Positions 46,165-59,730 are shown, counted from the stretch's first letter. The stretch: DNA of 64,000 nucleotides from Callorhinchus milii (GCF_018977255.1 NW_024704742.1:24864001-24928000); one strand, 5' to 3'. Made by a program: numbers and translations. The notes: a model not told the origin generated them from the sequence alone.

Positions 46165-46348
46165 CTGGCAGTTGTTTCTTTATGACTACATTGGATTGTT
46201 CAATAGTCTCCATCTGTCTTCGTGTTAAAGTGGTTGCATTTTCAATGGCTTGCAAACTCTTTTCTAGTACACTTAATTGATAATCAGTTGTCCCTCGGTG
46301 TTTGCTCAAGAAATTAAAGACGCCACAGGTTGTTGGGCAGAATTCTCC
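46165..46348 (-). CDS. FGG: Fibrinogen gamma chain exon 3
   Basis: GEFCPTTCGV...AIENATT (N-glycan sequon at the Asn52-equivalent position); 184 nt; AG/GT borders. Confidence 0.96.
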
Positions 46349-46443
46349 CTAAATGATCAAAAATACCAAACAAATAATAGGTAATTTACAGGCTAAAATC
46401 AACATGCTGTGAATTGTAGTCAATGCAGAAAATCTTTACTCAC

Positions 46444-46491
46444 AAAACGGCTGTCTAGGTTGCAGCAAGTATCTTTAGATGGAGGAAATTG
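46444..46491 (-). CDS. FGG: Fibrinogen gamma chain exon 2
   Basis: QFPPSKDTCCNLDSRF (vicinal Cys8-Cys9 motif, cf. human DNCCILDERF); cag/gtgagt borders. Confidence 0.95.
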
Positions 46492-46600
46492 CTGTGAAAG
46501 CAAACCAGATAGATCATTACTAGATTTTCTGCAATGTGCTAAGATGTCTGCAAAAACTATTCACTGTAGATTTCCAGCACAAAAACAAATCATCACTTAC

Positions 46601-46672
46601 GGATCTAGTGAGTGAACATGCAAGTAGTAAAACTTGCAGGAAGGCTAATAGTTTGCTCCTTGTTCCTGACAT
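46601..46672 (-). CDS. FGG: Fibrinogen gamma chain exon 1 (signal peptide)
   Basis: ATG at 46672; MSGTRSKLLAFLQVLLLACSLTRS; gtaagt donor. Confidence 0.9.
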
Positions 46673-46737
46673 GATAAGCACCAAAACAAGATCCCTCTTC
46701 ACTGTGGAATAAAAATGACCCCAGTTGGCGAGAGCAG

Positions 46738-46872
46738 TTTTATCTTATTGAGTCGCTGAGATAAGAGCTTGCAGTGATTGCTAAACAGGCAAGAACATAG
46801 TGTCATTACAGAGTGCATCAAACATTAACCTCTGAGTGACTCTATTGTATGTCATTCAGAAGATTATGGGAA
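46738..46872 (-). promoter_or_regulatory. FGG proximal promoter motifs
   Basis: TATA-like GATAAAA (about 46738-46744), HNF1-like GTTAATGTTTGAT (46817-46829), STAT-like TTCCCATAA (46864-46872). Motif matches only. Confidence 0.35.
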
Positions 46873-48436
46873 GTGAGTGGGAAAGCTAGGTCAACAATCA
46901 TAATACATTTTTGATCACTTTAAAAGCAAAATGAAAACAGTACAATTTATGTTGTGCCTTTGAATGAATTCGAGCCACCAGCTCAATCAAGCAGGTATAC
47001 AATTATGTTGCAGCAAATGTATTTTACCTATCAAAATCTTGTTATGATATGATCCTATCAATATCCTGTGAATAGCAAATACGTACAACATAAATGAGGA
47101 TGAGTAAATACCAAATACAACATATATATATTGGGAGAAATTCCATATGGATTCTGATGTTCTCCAATTTCTTGCCATTTCAGAACATTAGAATTTGCGA
47201 ATTGTTGAATTCAATCTTAACTTTGAAGATGGATTTCTGTGTTTCTTGAAAGTTTTTTTTACAGAAAACCACAGTAGCTTCAAAATTAAGAATGTATTTA
47301 AGAATTTGCCAAATTTGCCCCAAAATCATTTTAAATTCCAAATTTCTCAATTAATCTGCTTCATATAAGACATCATTCAGCTGCTCATATTAATCCAAAC
47401 AGCATCTGCCTTTGTACTGGAGTCAATATTAATTTGACATTTTGTTTACCACCCATAATTATCGCAGGTCTATTTAAATAAGTGGACCAGCACCTTTCAC
47501 GTCAGAACGTCTCAGAGCACTTCACAGGATTATACTGTAAAGTGTAGTGACTGTACTTTGTCCTCAAACACAGTTTTCTTAATTTCCACACAGCAATGTC
47601 TGAAGTGAATGACGAATTTTATTTGGGGGGATTGTGGCCAGGACATGGGGAGAAACTCTCTTCTCTTTTCAAGTAGTGCCATGGGATCTTTAACTTCCAC
47701 CCAAACAGGTAAATGGAATCTATGTTTAAGATCAGCTCATCCAAAGGATGGCAGCTCCAACAATGCAGCACAGCCCCAGCACTGCACTGCAGCATCAGTC
47801 TAAACTATGTGAGTTCAAGTCCCGATGTGGGGGTTGAAACCCACAAATGTCTGATTCAGAGGTGAGAATGCTACAAACTGAGCAAGTTTGAGTCCAACAA
47901 TATCCCACCAATTATGGGATATTGAGTTGCAATATCCAATACTGAGTCCATTGTGGGATAGAAAATCCACCTGGATCTAGATTTACTTTGTTTTCTTAAT
48001 ATCGGGACATCCTCCCGACGTGAAAGGCGTTCTAAAAATGTAACTTTGTTGTGGTTGTTATTGTATTTCAGTGTCCAGAATTTGGCAAATTCTTAAATAC
48101 AGTTCTTACTTTGAAGCCAGTTTTCTGTAAATACTTTCTTTTAAGAAACAAAGAAATGTGTATGTGTGTCAGAATTCAGGAGGGATATTTTAAATCCATT
48201 TTTATAAAGAATATTTTAAACATTCAGAGGCTATTTATTACAAAGGGTAGAGATTATATATCAGATGTATAATTCTGAATACTTCAAATATCAATAAAAT
48301 TATATCAATAATATATTTTAACAATTGTGCTTTTTTGACTTTTTTCATTCATTTTAATGTGACTCCAGTTGAAAGGATCAATTGGGGGACCATTTCTACA
48401 GTCTCCACCAATGTCACTTTGTGAGTAACTGTGAGT

Positions 48437-48860
48437 TACAACAACTTGTATTTATATAGTGCCTCTCATGCAGGGTAGCATCCCAGAGTGCTTGACAGTG
48501 GCGGACCACGACTTCGAGCTGGGGAGAGGGCGCAGTATCCATAGGCACGGTCGAATAGGAAGGTCTTCAGGTATGACCTGAAAATGGGGAAGGAAGGGGC
48601 AAGGCAGAGGGAGGAAGTGTGTTCCATAGTTTTGGGGCGTAGTGGCTGAAAGTGCGGCCACCAATGGTAGAACGGAGGGCACGGGAGATATGCAGAAGGC
48701 CGAAGCCAGTCGAGTGGAGGCAACGGGTTGTGGGTTGGGGATAAGCAGGTCGGAGAGATAGGGAAGTGCCAGGGCATGAAGGGATTTGAAATCGACCTGT
48801 TCGGTGATAGGGAGCCAGTAGAGCTTGGCTAGAACTGGTGTGATGGGGGTATGGAGTATA
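48437..48860 (-). mobile_element. L2-type LINE 3' fragment
   Basis: STIGGRTFSHYAPKLWN, FRSYLKTFLF; (TTG) tail. Confidence 0.8.
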
Positions 48861-51800
48861 GTGCGGGTGAGTAAAGTACAATGCTGTGCCTGACAAGCTT
48901 GCTGTAACTACAACCAACTGATCATTTGAAAGCAAGCCAGAATGCAAACAGTAATGGCAATCGACTTCAAAACTTGCACTCTCACTCCTTAACATGGTTC
49001 AAAAGTACATCTGATATGATACCACTGATCCTTGCTTTTGGTAGAACATCTTTCACATCAGGAGGACATCTCAAAACGCTTCACGGGATTTCATTGCGCA
49101 CAGCAATGTTCCAAAGCAGCCTTCATATTAAAGATCCCATGCCACTGTTCATGAAGAGAAGGGAGCTTTTCAGATGAAAATGCTTTTATTTATTTTCTTC
49201 AACAACAATTTATTCCACAACTCGATGCGAGGAAATGGATGTACAATAATAATAGCATTTACATCACTCCTTCACATAAAAAAGTCTCAAAAGGCTTCGC
49301 AAAATATAATTGATTGTAATTGTAAGAGCAGCTTGTTACTGCAGGCAAATGGCATAGCTATGCCGAGCCAGCAATATCTCATAAACAACTATGAGGTGAG
49401 CAGTCGATCAATTTGAATTTGGGATTAAATTTAAATTAGGAGGGAATATAAACCAAGAAAACCGGAAGATTGAGTCCTACGTCTCTTTGAAATAGCAATG
49501 GCTGAGTGGTCGTTTACCTGAATCCCAAGGCAGATGGAACCTAAGTTAAAAGGATAACAAAAGGATCAACTAAAGAAATTAATATTAAAGGACCAAGTTT
49601 TTTAAAACATGTACAAGGAGCTTTAGAAATAACATTTCAAGCATAATGTAATTAACCTAATATTCATAGTGGGGAAAGTGTCAAACGCATTCAACAAGAT
49701 GATCAATATTCATCTAAATATTCAATAATCCTTGTATTTTATATAGTGTCTTATCACAGTGTACAAACATCTCAAAGCACTTCACAGCATTTATTATGAA
49801 GTCCAGTGACTGTGTATTTATAGGCAAACATGGCAGCCAATTTATATTTGATTTTAGTCACAGGATATTTACAAATTGGTTTCAAAAGAAATCAAGAGAA
49901 AGAACAGTAACCAAGTGTCTTTGGAAAATATCCATAAAAATGTGGTAACTCTTGGTAGCAATGAACTTTTGTTCTGTTTGATAAATAAATAAACTGATGT
50001 TTGAACTAAATAAAACAAGTTTCACAGAAAGAATGGATACGAGAAAGACTTTTAAATATTGACTAACATTTGTACAAACTGGTCATTTTTATACAAGGTA
50101 AGCAAAGCCCATGTTAAATCTAAGAAGAAATTAAGTAAGAATAAGCATAATCTTGAAGTTCCAAAGTATTTTATTGAAACTCTCAACTTCTTGCTGTGGT
50201 TTAGCTGGGAAAAGGCATATGATTTCAGACACAATGAGTTTCCCTACACTTCTTTTATTAATGTGAACAGCCTGCAACCACAGATCAGTTTACAAAGCTT
50301 TCCAAACTGCTCTCCAAACAAAAATATAGCGGCTTCTCTAATCTAGCTTCTCTGAAGAAATGATTGCATCTTCCAGCAGTGGTTCCATTATTAAACAATT
50401 TCCAAATTTGTATTTGAAGTTTATACATTTTGTGACAACGTTGCAGGTTTTCTTCTGCAGGATGTTGCATTGGGTTTGTTAGCACAGTTGTGCATACACA
50501 GGGAGATAAATATGTTTAAGGGTTAGGGGGTCAAGGCATTTGTGTAGTTTGGGATTGTTTAGATGACCTAAATGTCCTCAGTTCTAGCCACGATCTCTTC
50601 TTTCACGTATCTCCACCAGTCGCATGATGGCACCTTTGGTTGGGTAATTTGCTTCCACAAACTAGCCATGAGAAGATTCACAACAACAACAACAACAAAT
50701 TACATTTGTATAGCACATTTCATGTCATGAGGACATCCCAAGGAACTGGACAGACAGAGATTTGGACATGAGCTGGGGGGTTGGATCAGTGGAGCTGGGT
50801 GAGGGTGTTAGGGTGACGGAGCTTGTGCAGGAGAGGACACAAATGTTCTAAATGATTGTTGAGAAAAGAGTTGAGAAGGTCAACAAACAGTGAGTTAACG
50901 TAGTTGAGCCTGGATGTGATAAACGCGCAGAGCAGGTCTAACAAACTACAGAGATTCATCTCAACAACTTTTGATTAAAGATTACACTGGTGCGGGGGCA
51001 TCAAGAAGTGGCTGCATAAGTCCTGGCAGATCTGCACTAAATCAATACCTTGTTTCCAGTAGCTATCGAGCCATGATACCCAAAACACTGTCATAAATAA
51101 AGAAAAATTAAATTAAAAAAACATGTATTTGATTTGCCGACCAAAAAGGTTGGCCACCTTTGTTTTAGACAAATTCTGTCACGACTATATTCAGTGTATT
51201 ATGTGTAATTTTAGGTAACTGATGTTCAAATAGGCATTGGTCACATAAGACTTTAACCAAAATTGATAAAAGATGATTTCAGACTAAGTTATGAGGAACA
51301 CCCACATTTGAACTACAATTTAATGTACCTAGGACCTACTATCCATGAGTGAGGGCTCAAGCACTTGCTTGTCGGAGGCGGGGAGGTAATCGGGGTCTCC
51401 ATGGAGCTGAACTGGTTCCAAGGTGACATATTTGGCAACGGAATGTCGAATCGAGCCAACCCTCTATGGTGATCTCAGAAGTCTGGTTCCTGAGCCAGGC
51501 GGGTCCACAGTATTCCAGCCTGGCTCATCAGCAGGACTTGAAGGGCAGACCAGTCACTGGGGGCAGGGAGTCATCCTACTCAGCTCCTGTTAACCCAGCA
51601 AGCCAAAGCCCTAACGGATAGAGTGGTCCTAACTGGTCAAGCATTGGGAAAGCTTGCCAGACAGTGATATCAATTGCAAGCTAAGCAGTTTTAGCGGTTA
51701 TACTCCAGTAGTAAACCAACGCACACTCTGGGGTCTACATGCCTTGGCTCTTGCCAACCTGCGCTTGATACTTTCCAGAATTAGGTAAGCAGGATGTGTC

Positions 51801-53939
51801 CCTCTAGGGAGAGAGTGCGCATTCCATTCCAGCCATCTATCTCTGGAAATTCCATGCATAGTTGGGATGCATGGAATTGTTAGTTTGGTTTGTGTGGTGA
51901 TGGATTCCCGCATTACTTTGTTTTTTGGGGGGCTCAGCCTAGTGTCTGAAACATGCGGAAATCCATCACCATCTCTTTAGCGAGAAAAGGCCTAACTCAT
52001 CCAGTTTATCTTAGTAACCTGCCAGCCTTAGTAACAGCACTGCACTTTTGTACATATTATCTTTAGGATGAGATGTTATAATCAAGTATTGCCAATAGAG
52101 GTGGATGTTAAAGATCCCATGGCACTATTTGAAAAGAGAAGGGAGTTTCTCCGGCTGTCCTGACCAACAATCCCTCAGATAAAACTGGTCGATCAGTTCA
52201 TGGCTGACACTCCACAGTGATGCTTCACATTATGGAAGTTCCCTGTTGCAGAACGAAAGGATTCAAGATCCTCATTCTCACTTTCAAATCGCTTAATGGC
52301 CTGGCACTTCCATACCTCTCTAATCTGCTCACACCCCACACACACACAGTGGTCACCTTTGTTCAGCGGGCTCGGTCTCAGGAAATCCCTGCCTTCCATC
52401 TTGCCCCTCTGACCGCTCACCTCCCCTCCCCTTTCAGCTCAGCATCAAACCACACAACTGTTAAGTGCTCTAAGGTGTTACCTGCATGAAGGCTGCTATA
52501 AAAATGCAGATTGTCGTTGCAATATTGGCTGCTGTGTTTGCCTACAGAATACAGTCACTGAAGTTTACAGTAAATCGTATGAAGCGCCATGAGGCATCCT
52601 CCCAAAGTGAAAGGAATCTTATCAACTACATGGATTTTCGTTTATTTTAATACCTGCACTGTTAAAAATAAACAAGGCTCTGAATGTTTGAATGGAATCT
52701 GCGATCTATGACGTTTACACCCTCCCAATATGAAAGGCACTTTCTCAAATGTAAAGAGTCATATTAAATGATGAACTATAATGATGACACCTCTTCATTA
52801 GAGGAGTGACTTCTAATTCTTAATTCTCATCATTGTTGAACACAACAGGAGAGGAAGAGCTGCTGTCAGAAAACAGAAAACAGCAAGACAACTAATATAA
52901 TGATAATAATAATATCTGCATGAGGTTTGAAGCACTCTGAGACGCTACCAAGCATGAGGAGCACAATATAAAGCCAAGTTGTTGTTGTTGAATCCCCTTC
53001 GTGTATATAAAACCATTTTATTCATCATTTCATTCACATATCATTGTAGACATCAAGGCATCTGTTTGTTTTAAGTATTTAAAACAGACTCTCTATCCCC
53101 TTGCATTGGTTGAAGCAGAAAACCAATGTATTTGAAAAAACTTGATACATACACATGGAAGAAGGGAATAAAGGATATGTACAAATTTATGTATATAATT
53201 TTCTATTTTATATTTGTAATTGAACATATAATTTATTATTGTGTTATATTTTATATAATTATGTATGCAAACAATCATGATTACTTATTTATTATCAATT
53301 AATAATTAAAATAAAGATTCTATATTTTAAATATTTAAATTATATATCTTTAAACGCCAACACAGACTAGTTGGACCACACGGCTTGTTTCCGCCCTGGA
53401 CATTGCAATTGGCTGCTGATTTTGCCCACGAAATACACAGCCCATTCAGTTTACGGTATATTCCTGTGAAGCGCTTTGAGACGTCTTGACAACAAAGTGA
53501 TAAGGTGCTATATCTAATGCAAGGATTGTTATATTATTTTGTAATTCTGCTAAAAACAAAGTAGAGAGAAAATAAATACCTTGTTTGAACCACCCGATTC
53601 CCTTTTTTTTCACTAAAACAAACCAATCTCAACAACAACAGAAAAGAGGAACAGTCCTTGAAGTGGAAAGATAGTGTTTTTTCTGCAAATACTTTGATTC
53701 ATGACTATATTTGCCAGTATTAAGTGACAGGTACAGCACAGACTGTACGTTTGTAGCCCAAAGTCAACCAGATACCAGCACAAAAGTAGCCCAATATTTA
53801 GCATTGCCTCGTACAGAGAGAGTGTGGGCAACAATAATAGGGCAGTGCTTTTGAAACTGTGTAAGAAAATGTCTTCAAAGAGGGGAGAGGGGGGGTGGGG
53901 GGGGGGGGGAGGGGGCGTTTTCAGGGCTGAATTAAAAAT

Positions 53940-54440
53940 TAGGACGACGTTTTTCCAACTAAAAAAAGAAAAAGACGCCCAAGACGCCCCATTGGGCGTG
54001 AATCCGCCCGACCTGAGCGGGGTGGTGCGGGGCCGCCCCCCAGTGGTTAATGTGCCGGGGAGCGCTGCGGAACCAAGGAGGCGGGAGGGCGGGCGGGAGG
54101 GTGTGGGGGGGCGTTTTAAGGGGTTGCACTCGCATCTGTGAAGCCGAGGGATTGGGGGGAAGAGTTTGGCCGCGGCGGCTCCTCTCTGCGATGCTGAGCC
54201 GTTGGGAGCGGGCGGCGCGAGGCTGGGCTCGGGCTCGGGCTCGGGCTCGGGCTCCGGCCCCCATCCAGGCCCCGGGGGGTCCCGGGCCCCACTGTCGAGG
54301 GCTCGGCGCCCGGGGGCTGTGCGGCGCCGGGCGCAGCGTCAGGATCGCCTGCGCCTCGGGCTTCTGGGGGGACACGGCCACCTCAGGTGAGGGGCCAGGG
54401 CTGGGCTGGGCGGGGGGGCGGCAGAGGAGGGGTCGGTGGC
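53940..54440 (+). promoter_or_regulatory. CpG island / promoter of the AtuA-like gene
   Basis: Abrupt GC- and CpG-rich patch with GC boxes (GGGCGG/CCGCCC) in otherwise CpG-poor DNA, spanning exon 1. Confidence 0.75.
54191..54386 (+). CDS. AtuA/DUF1446 (acyclic terpene utilisation) family gene, exon 1
   Basis: ATG at 54191 inside a CpG island; Arg/Ala-rich leader then VRIACASGFWGDTATS, the family N-terminal RIG/AxxSGFWGD motif; CAG|gtgagg donor. Confidence 0.88.
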
Positions 54441-55400
54441 GGGGGGGGGTTAGCGGGGTTGGCAGGGGGGGGTTGGCAGGGGAGGGGTTAGCGGGGTTGG
54501 CAGGGGAGGGGTTAGCGGGGTTGGCAGGGGGGGGTTAGCGGGGGGGGGGGTTAGCGGGGTTGGCAGGGGGGGGGTTGGCGGGGGGTTAGCGGGGTTGGCA
54601 GGGGAGGGGTTAGCGGGGTTGGCAGGGGAGGGGTTAGCGGGGTTGGCAGGGGGGGGTTAGCGGGGTTGGCAGGGGAGGGGTTAGCGGGGGTTGGCAGGGG
54701 GGGGTTAGCGGGGTTGGCAGGGGGGGGTTAGCAGGGTTGGCAGGGAGGGGGTTGGCAGGGGGGGGTTAGCGGGGTTGGCGGGGGGGGGTTGGCAGGGGGG
54801 GGTTTAACGGGGTTGGCAGGGGAGGGGTTGGCGGGGGGGGGGGTTAGCGGGGTTGGCAGGGGAGGGGTTGGCAGGGGAGGGGTTGGCAGGGGGGGGTTGG
54901 CAGGGGAGGGGTTAGCAGGGGGGGGTTGGCAGGGGGGAGGGGTTGGCGGGGGGGGGGTTAGCGGGGGAGGGGTTAGCGGGGGGGGGTTAGCGGGGTTGGC
55001 AGGGGAGGGGTTGGCAGGGGGGGTTTAACGGGGTTGGCAGGGGAGGGGTTGGCGGGGGGGGGGTTAGCGGGGTTGGCAGGGGAGGGTTGGCAGGGGAGGG
55101 GTTAGCGGGGTTGGCAGGGGAGGGGTTAGCGGGGTTGGCAGGGGAGGGGTTGGCGGGGGGGGGGTTAGCAGGGTTGGCGGCGGGGGTTAGCGGGGTTGGC
55201 AGGGGGGGTTAGCGGGGTTGGCAGGGGAGGGGTTGGCGGGGGGGCTTAGCGGGGTTGGCAGGGGAGGGGTTGGCGGCGGGGGTTAGCGGGGTTGGCAGGG
55301 GGGGGTTAGCGGGGATTGGCGGCGGGGGTTGGCAGGGGAGGGGTTAGCGGGGAGTGTGGTTGGCAGGGGAGGGGCCAGTGGGGGTTGGCAGGGAAGGGGT
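54440..55400 (+). repeat. G-rich degenerate minisatellite
   Basis: About 1 kb of variants of GGGTTAGCGGGGTTGGCAGGGGA with variable G-run lengths. Confidence 0.95.
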
Positions 55401-55721
55401 TGGCAAGGGGTGTGGGTGAGGGGTGTGTGTGAGTGCGGGGATGGGGATGGGGGGTGTGCTTTGTGTGGTCAGGGCCCCACAACTGGTTAGCAGATCCAGC
55501 CATGGAAGCTTTCCCTGTCGATGCCTTCTTGCCAGGTTGAACTGCCTTTTGACACTCATGGTGGAGCTCCACGTCGCCCCCACCCCAGTGGCCAATTGGA
55601 CCAGGATTCCCCCAAAGGGGTGGCTTGGCGTCTTACACACAGAATTGTTATGCAGCCAAACAGCAGCACCGCGGGGCTGTTCAGGTGGACTTTAAAAATC
55701 CCATGACGCTATTTAAAAGTC

Positions 55722-56760
55722 ACCAGCGGGGTACCCCAAGGATCCATCCTTGGCCCCCTCCTCTTTCTGATCTATATCCCTCTTGGGGATGTCATCCGCA
55801 GACATGGGGTACACTTCCACATGTATGCAGACGACACCCAACTCTATTTTTCCACCTCACTTTGCGACCCCCAGTCCCCTGATGTTCTGTCAGCTGCCTG
55901 TCAGACATCAGGAGCTGCCGCGATGAGCGCGAATTTCCTTCAGCTGAACGTTGACAAGACGGAAGCCAACCTCTCTGGCTCTCGTCAATGTCTAAAATCT
56001 CACGGATCTCACCTCCTCCACCTACCCGACCTCCCCCTAAAACTCTCCGAACCTGTACGCACCTAGGGGTCAGGTTCGACCCCCAATTATCCTTCCTCCC
56101 CCACATCCGGTCCCTCACCAGCACCGCTTTCTTCCACCTCCGATGCATCGCCCATCTCCGCCAATACCTCTCTCCGAAAGCCGCTGAAACCCTCTATGCC
56201 TTTGTCACCTCTCGGCTGGACTATTCAAATGCCCTCCTCGCCGGTCTCCCATCCGCTACCATCCACAAAATCCAGGTCATCCAAAACTCTGCCGTCCACA
56301 TTCTCACCCGCACGAAAGTCCGCTCCCCAATCACCCCAGTCCTTGCCAGACTGCACTGACTGCCTATCCCAGAGAGGATCAACTTCAAGATCCTCATCCT
56401 TGTATTCATGTCCCTGCGCTCCTCTGCACCCCCCTACCTCTCTGACCTCTCTCCTCAAAACAGTACCCGCTGCCTTCGTTCCTCCGGGTCTGGCCTCCTC
56501 ATCGTCCCCCGAGTCCTCCGCTCCACCCTCAGCAGCCGTGCCTTTAGCCCCGAGACTCTGGAACTGCCTTCCTCACTCCCTTCACCTCGCTCCCTCTCTT
56601 CCTATTTTCAGGTCTCTGCTGAAGACCTTTGTTTTCGACCGCGCCTTTGATCACCTTCCTCTCCCTCCCCCTGGCTCGGTCCCCGGGATCCGTTTTGTAA
56701 AGCGCTCTGAGACGCCGTCTGGTGTGAAGGGTCCTATATAAATCCAAGTTGTTGTTGTTG
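55722..56760 (+). mobile_element. L2-type LINE 3' fragment, same subfamily as 21236-24800
   Basis: MYADDTQLY...SRLDYSNALLAGLP; 3' end AAGCGCTCTGAGACGC...TATATAAATCCAAG(TTG)n matches the FGA intron-2 copy. Confidence 0.92.
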
Positions 56761-57734
56761 AAAGGAAAAGGGAGTTTCTCCCAGTGTCGTAGCTTACAGA
56801 CCCCCATTCCCCCCACCCCAAATAATATTGGTTGCTCACTTTATGGGATTGCTGTGGTATATTGCTGTGAACTGCGTTTGTGATTAAAATTAAGTACTTT
56901 ACAGTAAATCCTCCTTCAGGATAGAAAGAAGGATGATAATAATAATAATCCTTCCATTTGATACAGCGCCTTATCACGTACTCGAGACGTCCCGATAAAG
57001 CGCTTCACAGAAAATACTGTAAAGTGAATCGACTGTGTATTTTGTGGTCGAAAAACGCAGCAGCCAATTGCACACAGCAGTGTCCCACAAACAGTTGTGG
57101 ATTCAGTGATTTATTTCTTTTTTGGAAGGGATTATTCTCCTCGTCGTTTATTTTGCAGTTTATCTTGTTGCCTTGTGAAGAATAGTAATAATAATCTTAG
57201 CATTTGAATATTGAGCCTTTCACATTGGGTGTGTACTGACTTTGTATTTCATTGACAAACCAGGCAGCCAATTTGTTCAGAGCCGTGAAGTGAAATGGCC
57301 AATTTTATCAGGGGTTAATTGGCCAGACCTCTGGGAGAAATTCCCTGTGCTTTTTGAACAGTGCCATGGGATCTTTAATATACACCTGAACAGGCACAGA
57401 TGTCTCATTCGAACATTTCATCTCCAATATTGCAGCACTCTACCATCAGTATTGGAGTGTCAGCCTCAGCTATGAGTTCAAAGTCCCGACATGTGACTTG
57501 AATGCACAGCCTTCTGACTCAGAAGCACAAGAGCTGCCAATGAAGCCAGACTGACTCTTGAGTCATTGCAGACTGTGTTAAAAATAATACAATCTATAAA
57601 GCCTTTGCATTATTTCTCAACCCAATCTTGCTTTCATCTGATCACTTTGTAGTTCCAGCATCATAACATTGTAACTTTGCAGATTTCAACAACAACTTGC
57701 ACTTATATATATATATATATATATATATTCACGC

Positions 57735-58490
57735 AACCTCACTAAGCCAGTCAGGAACCTCGGTATCTTGTTTGATCCTGAACTCCCCCCACATCCGCGC
57801 TATGACCGGCACTGCCTACCACCACCTTCGTAACATTGCCAGACTCCGCCACTGCCTCACCCCTCAGGCTGCCGAAACCCTCACCCACGCATTTGTCACC
57901 TCAAGGCTCGATTACCGGAACTCCCTCCTCATCGGCCTTCCCAACTCTTCCCTTCACAAGCTGCAGATCATCCAAAACTCTGCAGCTCGTGTACTCTCAC
58001 GCACCAGGCTCCATGACCCCATCACTCCCACCCTCGCCCGACTCCACTGGCTCCCCATTCCCCAGAGGATCAAGTTCAAGATCCTCGTCCTCACCTTTAA
58101 GGCCATCCATGGCCTTGCCCCCCCTACCTCTCTTACCTGCTGACTCCCTACCAACCTGCCCGTTCCCTCTGTTCATCAGGCTCCGGTCTACTCCATGTCT
58201 CCTGCCCGACCCGCCCTACCATCGGTGGCCGGGCTTTCAGCCTCTCTGCCCCCACACTCTGGAACTCCATCCCACAGTCCCTTTGCCTCACTTTCTCCCT
58301 CGCATCCTTCAAGGCCGGACTCAAGATCCTTCTCTTCGACCGTGACTTTAGTCTCCCTCCCACCCCTCTGCCTTTCCTCACCCCTACACCACGCCTCCCC
58401 CATGCTCGGGCCCCAACACCTGACTGTACAGCACTTTGGGATGTCCTCCTGACGTGAAAGGCGCTCTGTAAATTTAATTTTGTTGTTGTT
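57735..58490 (+). mobile_element. L2-type LINE 3' fragment
   Basis: HHLRNIARLR...SRLDY...[14 protein letters not shown]; (TTG) tail. Confidence 0.9.
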
Positions 58491-59730
58491 ATACAGACTC
58501 TGAGATCTTAATGTGTGTTGCAGAAAAATAATAATAATACAAATAAAAAGAAAACTGCATGTATTCTAAAACGTAAAGGACATTTGGGAATGTGCTTAAG
58601 GCTGTATGCACGCTTGGGTTTAGATGCTAGTTTTTTTAAAAAAATTAAGTCTATCTACCTCAATCAGAATAAACTCGCAGGGCCACCATGGGAGTTGCAG
58701 GATTGGTTGTATTTTAGATTTCATCTTAAAGGCAGTGTCTTTGTTTCATATCCATGAGTCATCTAAATCCTGTGTCAAGTTTGTATCCTAGAAGTTTGAC
58801 ATTTTCTTTCAGCGAAGTGGATGTCTTGGAGTGGTATATGGCAGAAGGATTGCTTCATACACATCTATTCTGTAATCTTACCATGCAAATCATTGATGAC
58901 TAACTTGACTGTCAAGGTGTAATTTAGCAGGATCTTCCATAATCCAAGCTGCACTTGTCTGTTCTCGATTCTGATCACAGGAGAGAACAACTTAAGAAAA
59001 CTTAACCTAAGATTTAGACTGAGAATGAATCGCTGGTTACTAAAGCACTCGGAAAGCACTCCGAGATTCTGCCCCAAGTGAATGTCGGTATATAAATGCA
59101 AGTTATTGTATTATGGTATATTGAGAGTAAGAAGGTTAAATATGAGCTCATGTTGTGGTCTATTTTAACAACTTGGGTTAATCTCCTAATGAACACACAA
59201 GCAATCGTGTGAACAAGCTGATACAGAAAATAACAAATAAGAAGAGGAAGCATTGTGCATTGGTTTTAGAGCCGTGCTGAGCATCCTTTGTGACTTACGT
59301 CAACCTACAGTATTTACACTTGATGATGGACTGAATTGATATAGGAGAAAAATTGCAAGGAGTTTAACCGTGAAATTGTCCTGTAATACAAATGTCTTCA
59401 ATCCGCTACACTAGCAAAACACACACTAATATCTATCTAATAGCTGTAAATATTTTTTTGAAAAGGTGCACCAAAATAAATGAAAACTCGTTTATGCTCA
59501 AAAGGGTATTAATGTGTCTGCCTGGATGTTCAAAAGTTGGATCCTGTTAGATTTCAGCCATATTGTGTTTTCTGGGCTTAAATTCGTGCTGGTTCGTTTT
59601 CGGTTCTTTGCAATGATTTCTACACAGAACTCTGTCAGCTGACTTTAGTGAGCGTTGTTCAAGTTTAAAGTTTCTGTTTTGCGTAATGACCACAGGGTGG
59701 CATCATAACATTACATTATTGTTAACTCAG

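Noticed and set aside
46673..46702. Longer FGG N-terminus from the ORF track (MKRDLVLVLI)
   Set aside because: It starts at GTG, not ATG; the ATG at 46672 gives a normal signal peptide.
46700..54190. LRAT gene expected after FGG by human synteny
   Set aside because: No LRAT/NlpC-P60 motifs (e.g. NCEHF) found by eye; the interval is repeats and AT-rich DNA.
54440..55400. Interstitial telomere
   Set aside because: The units are TTAGCGGGG/TTGGCAGGGG variants, not tandem TTAGGG.
54050..55640. Gly/Ala/Pro-rich ORFs over the CpG island and satellite
   Set aside because: GC-rich low complexity suppresses stops; only 54191-54386 has family motifs and a donor site.
1143..57110. Recurrent ~170-bp sequence as a CRISPR array or structured ncRNA family
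   Set aside because: The copies are dispersed, diverged, on both strands and end in (ATT)n; they are SINE 3' ends in a eukaryotic genome.
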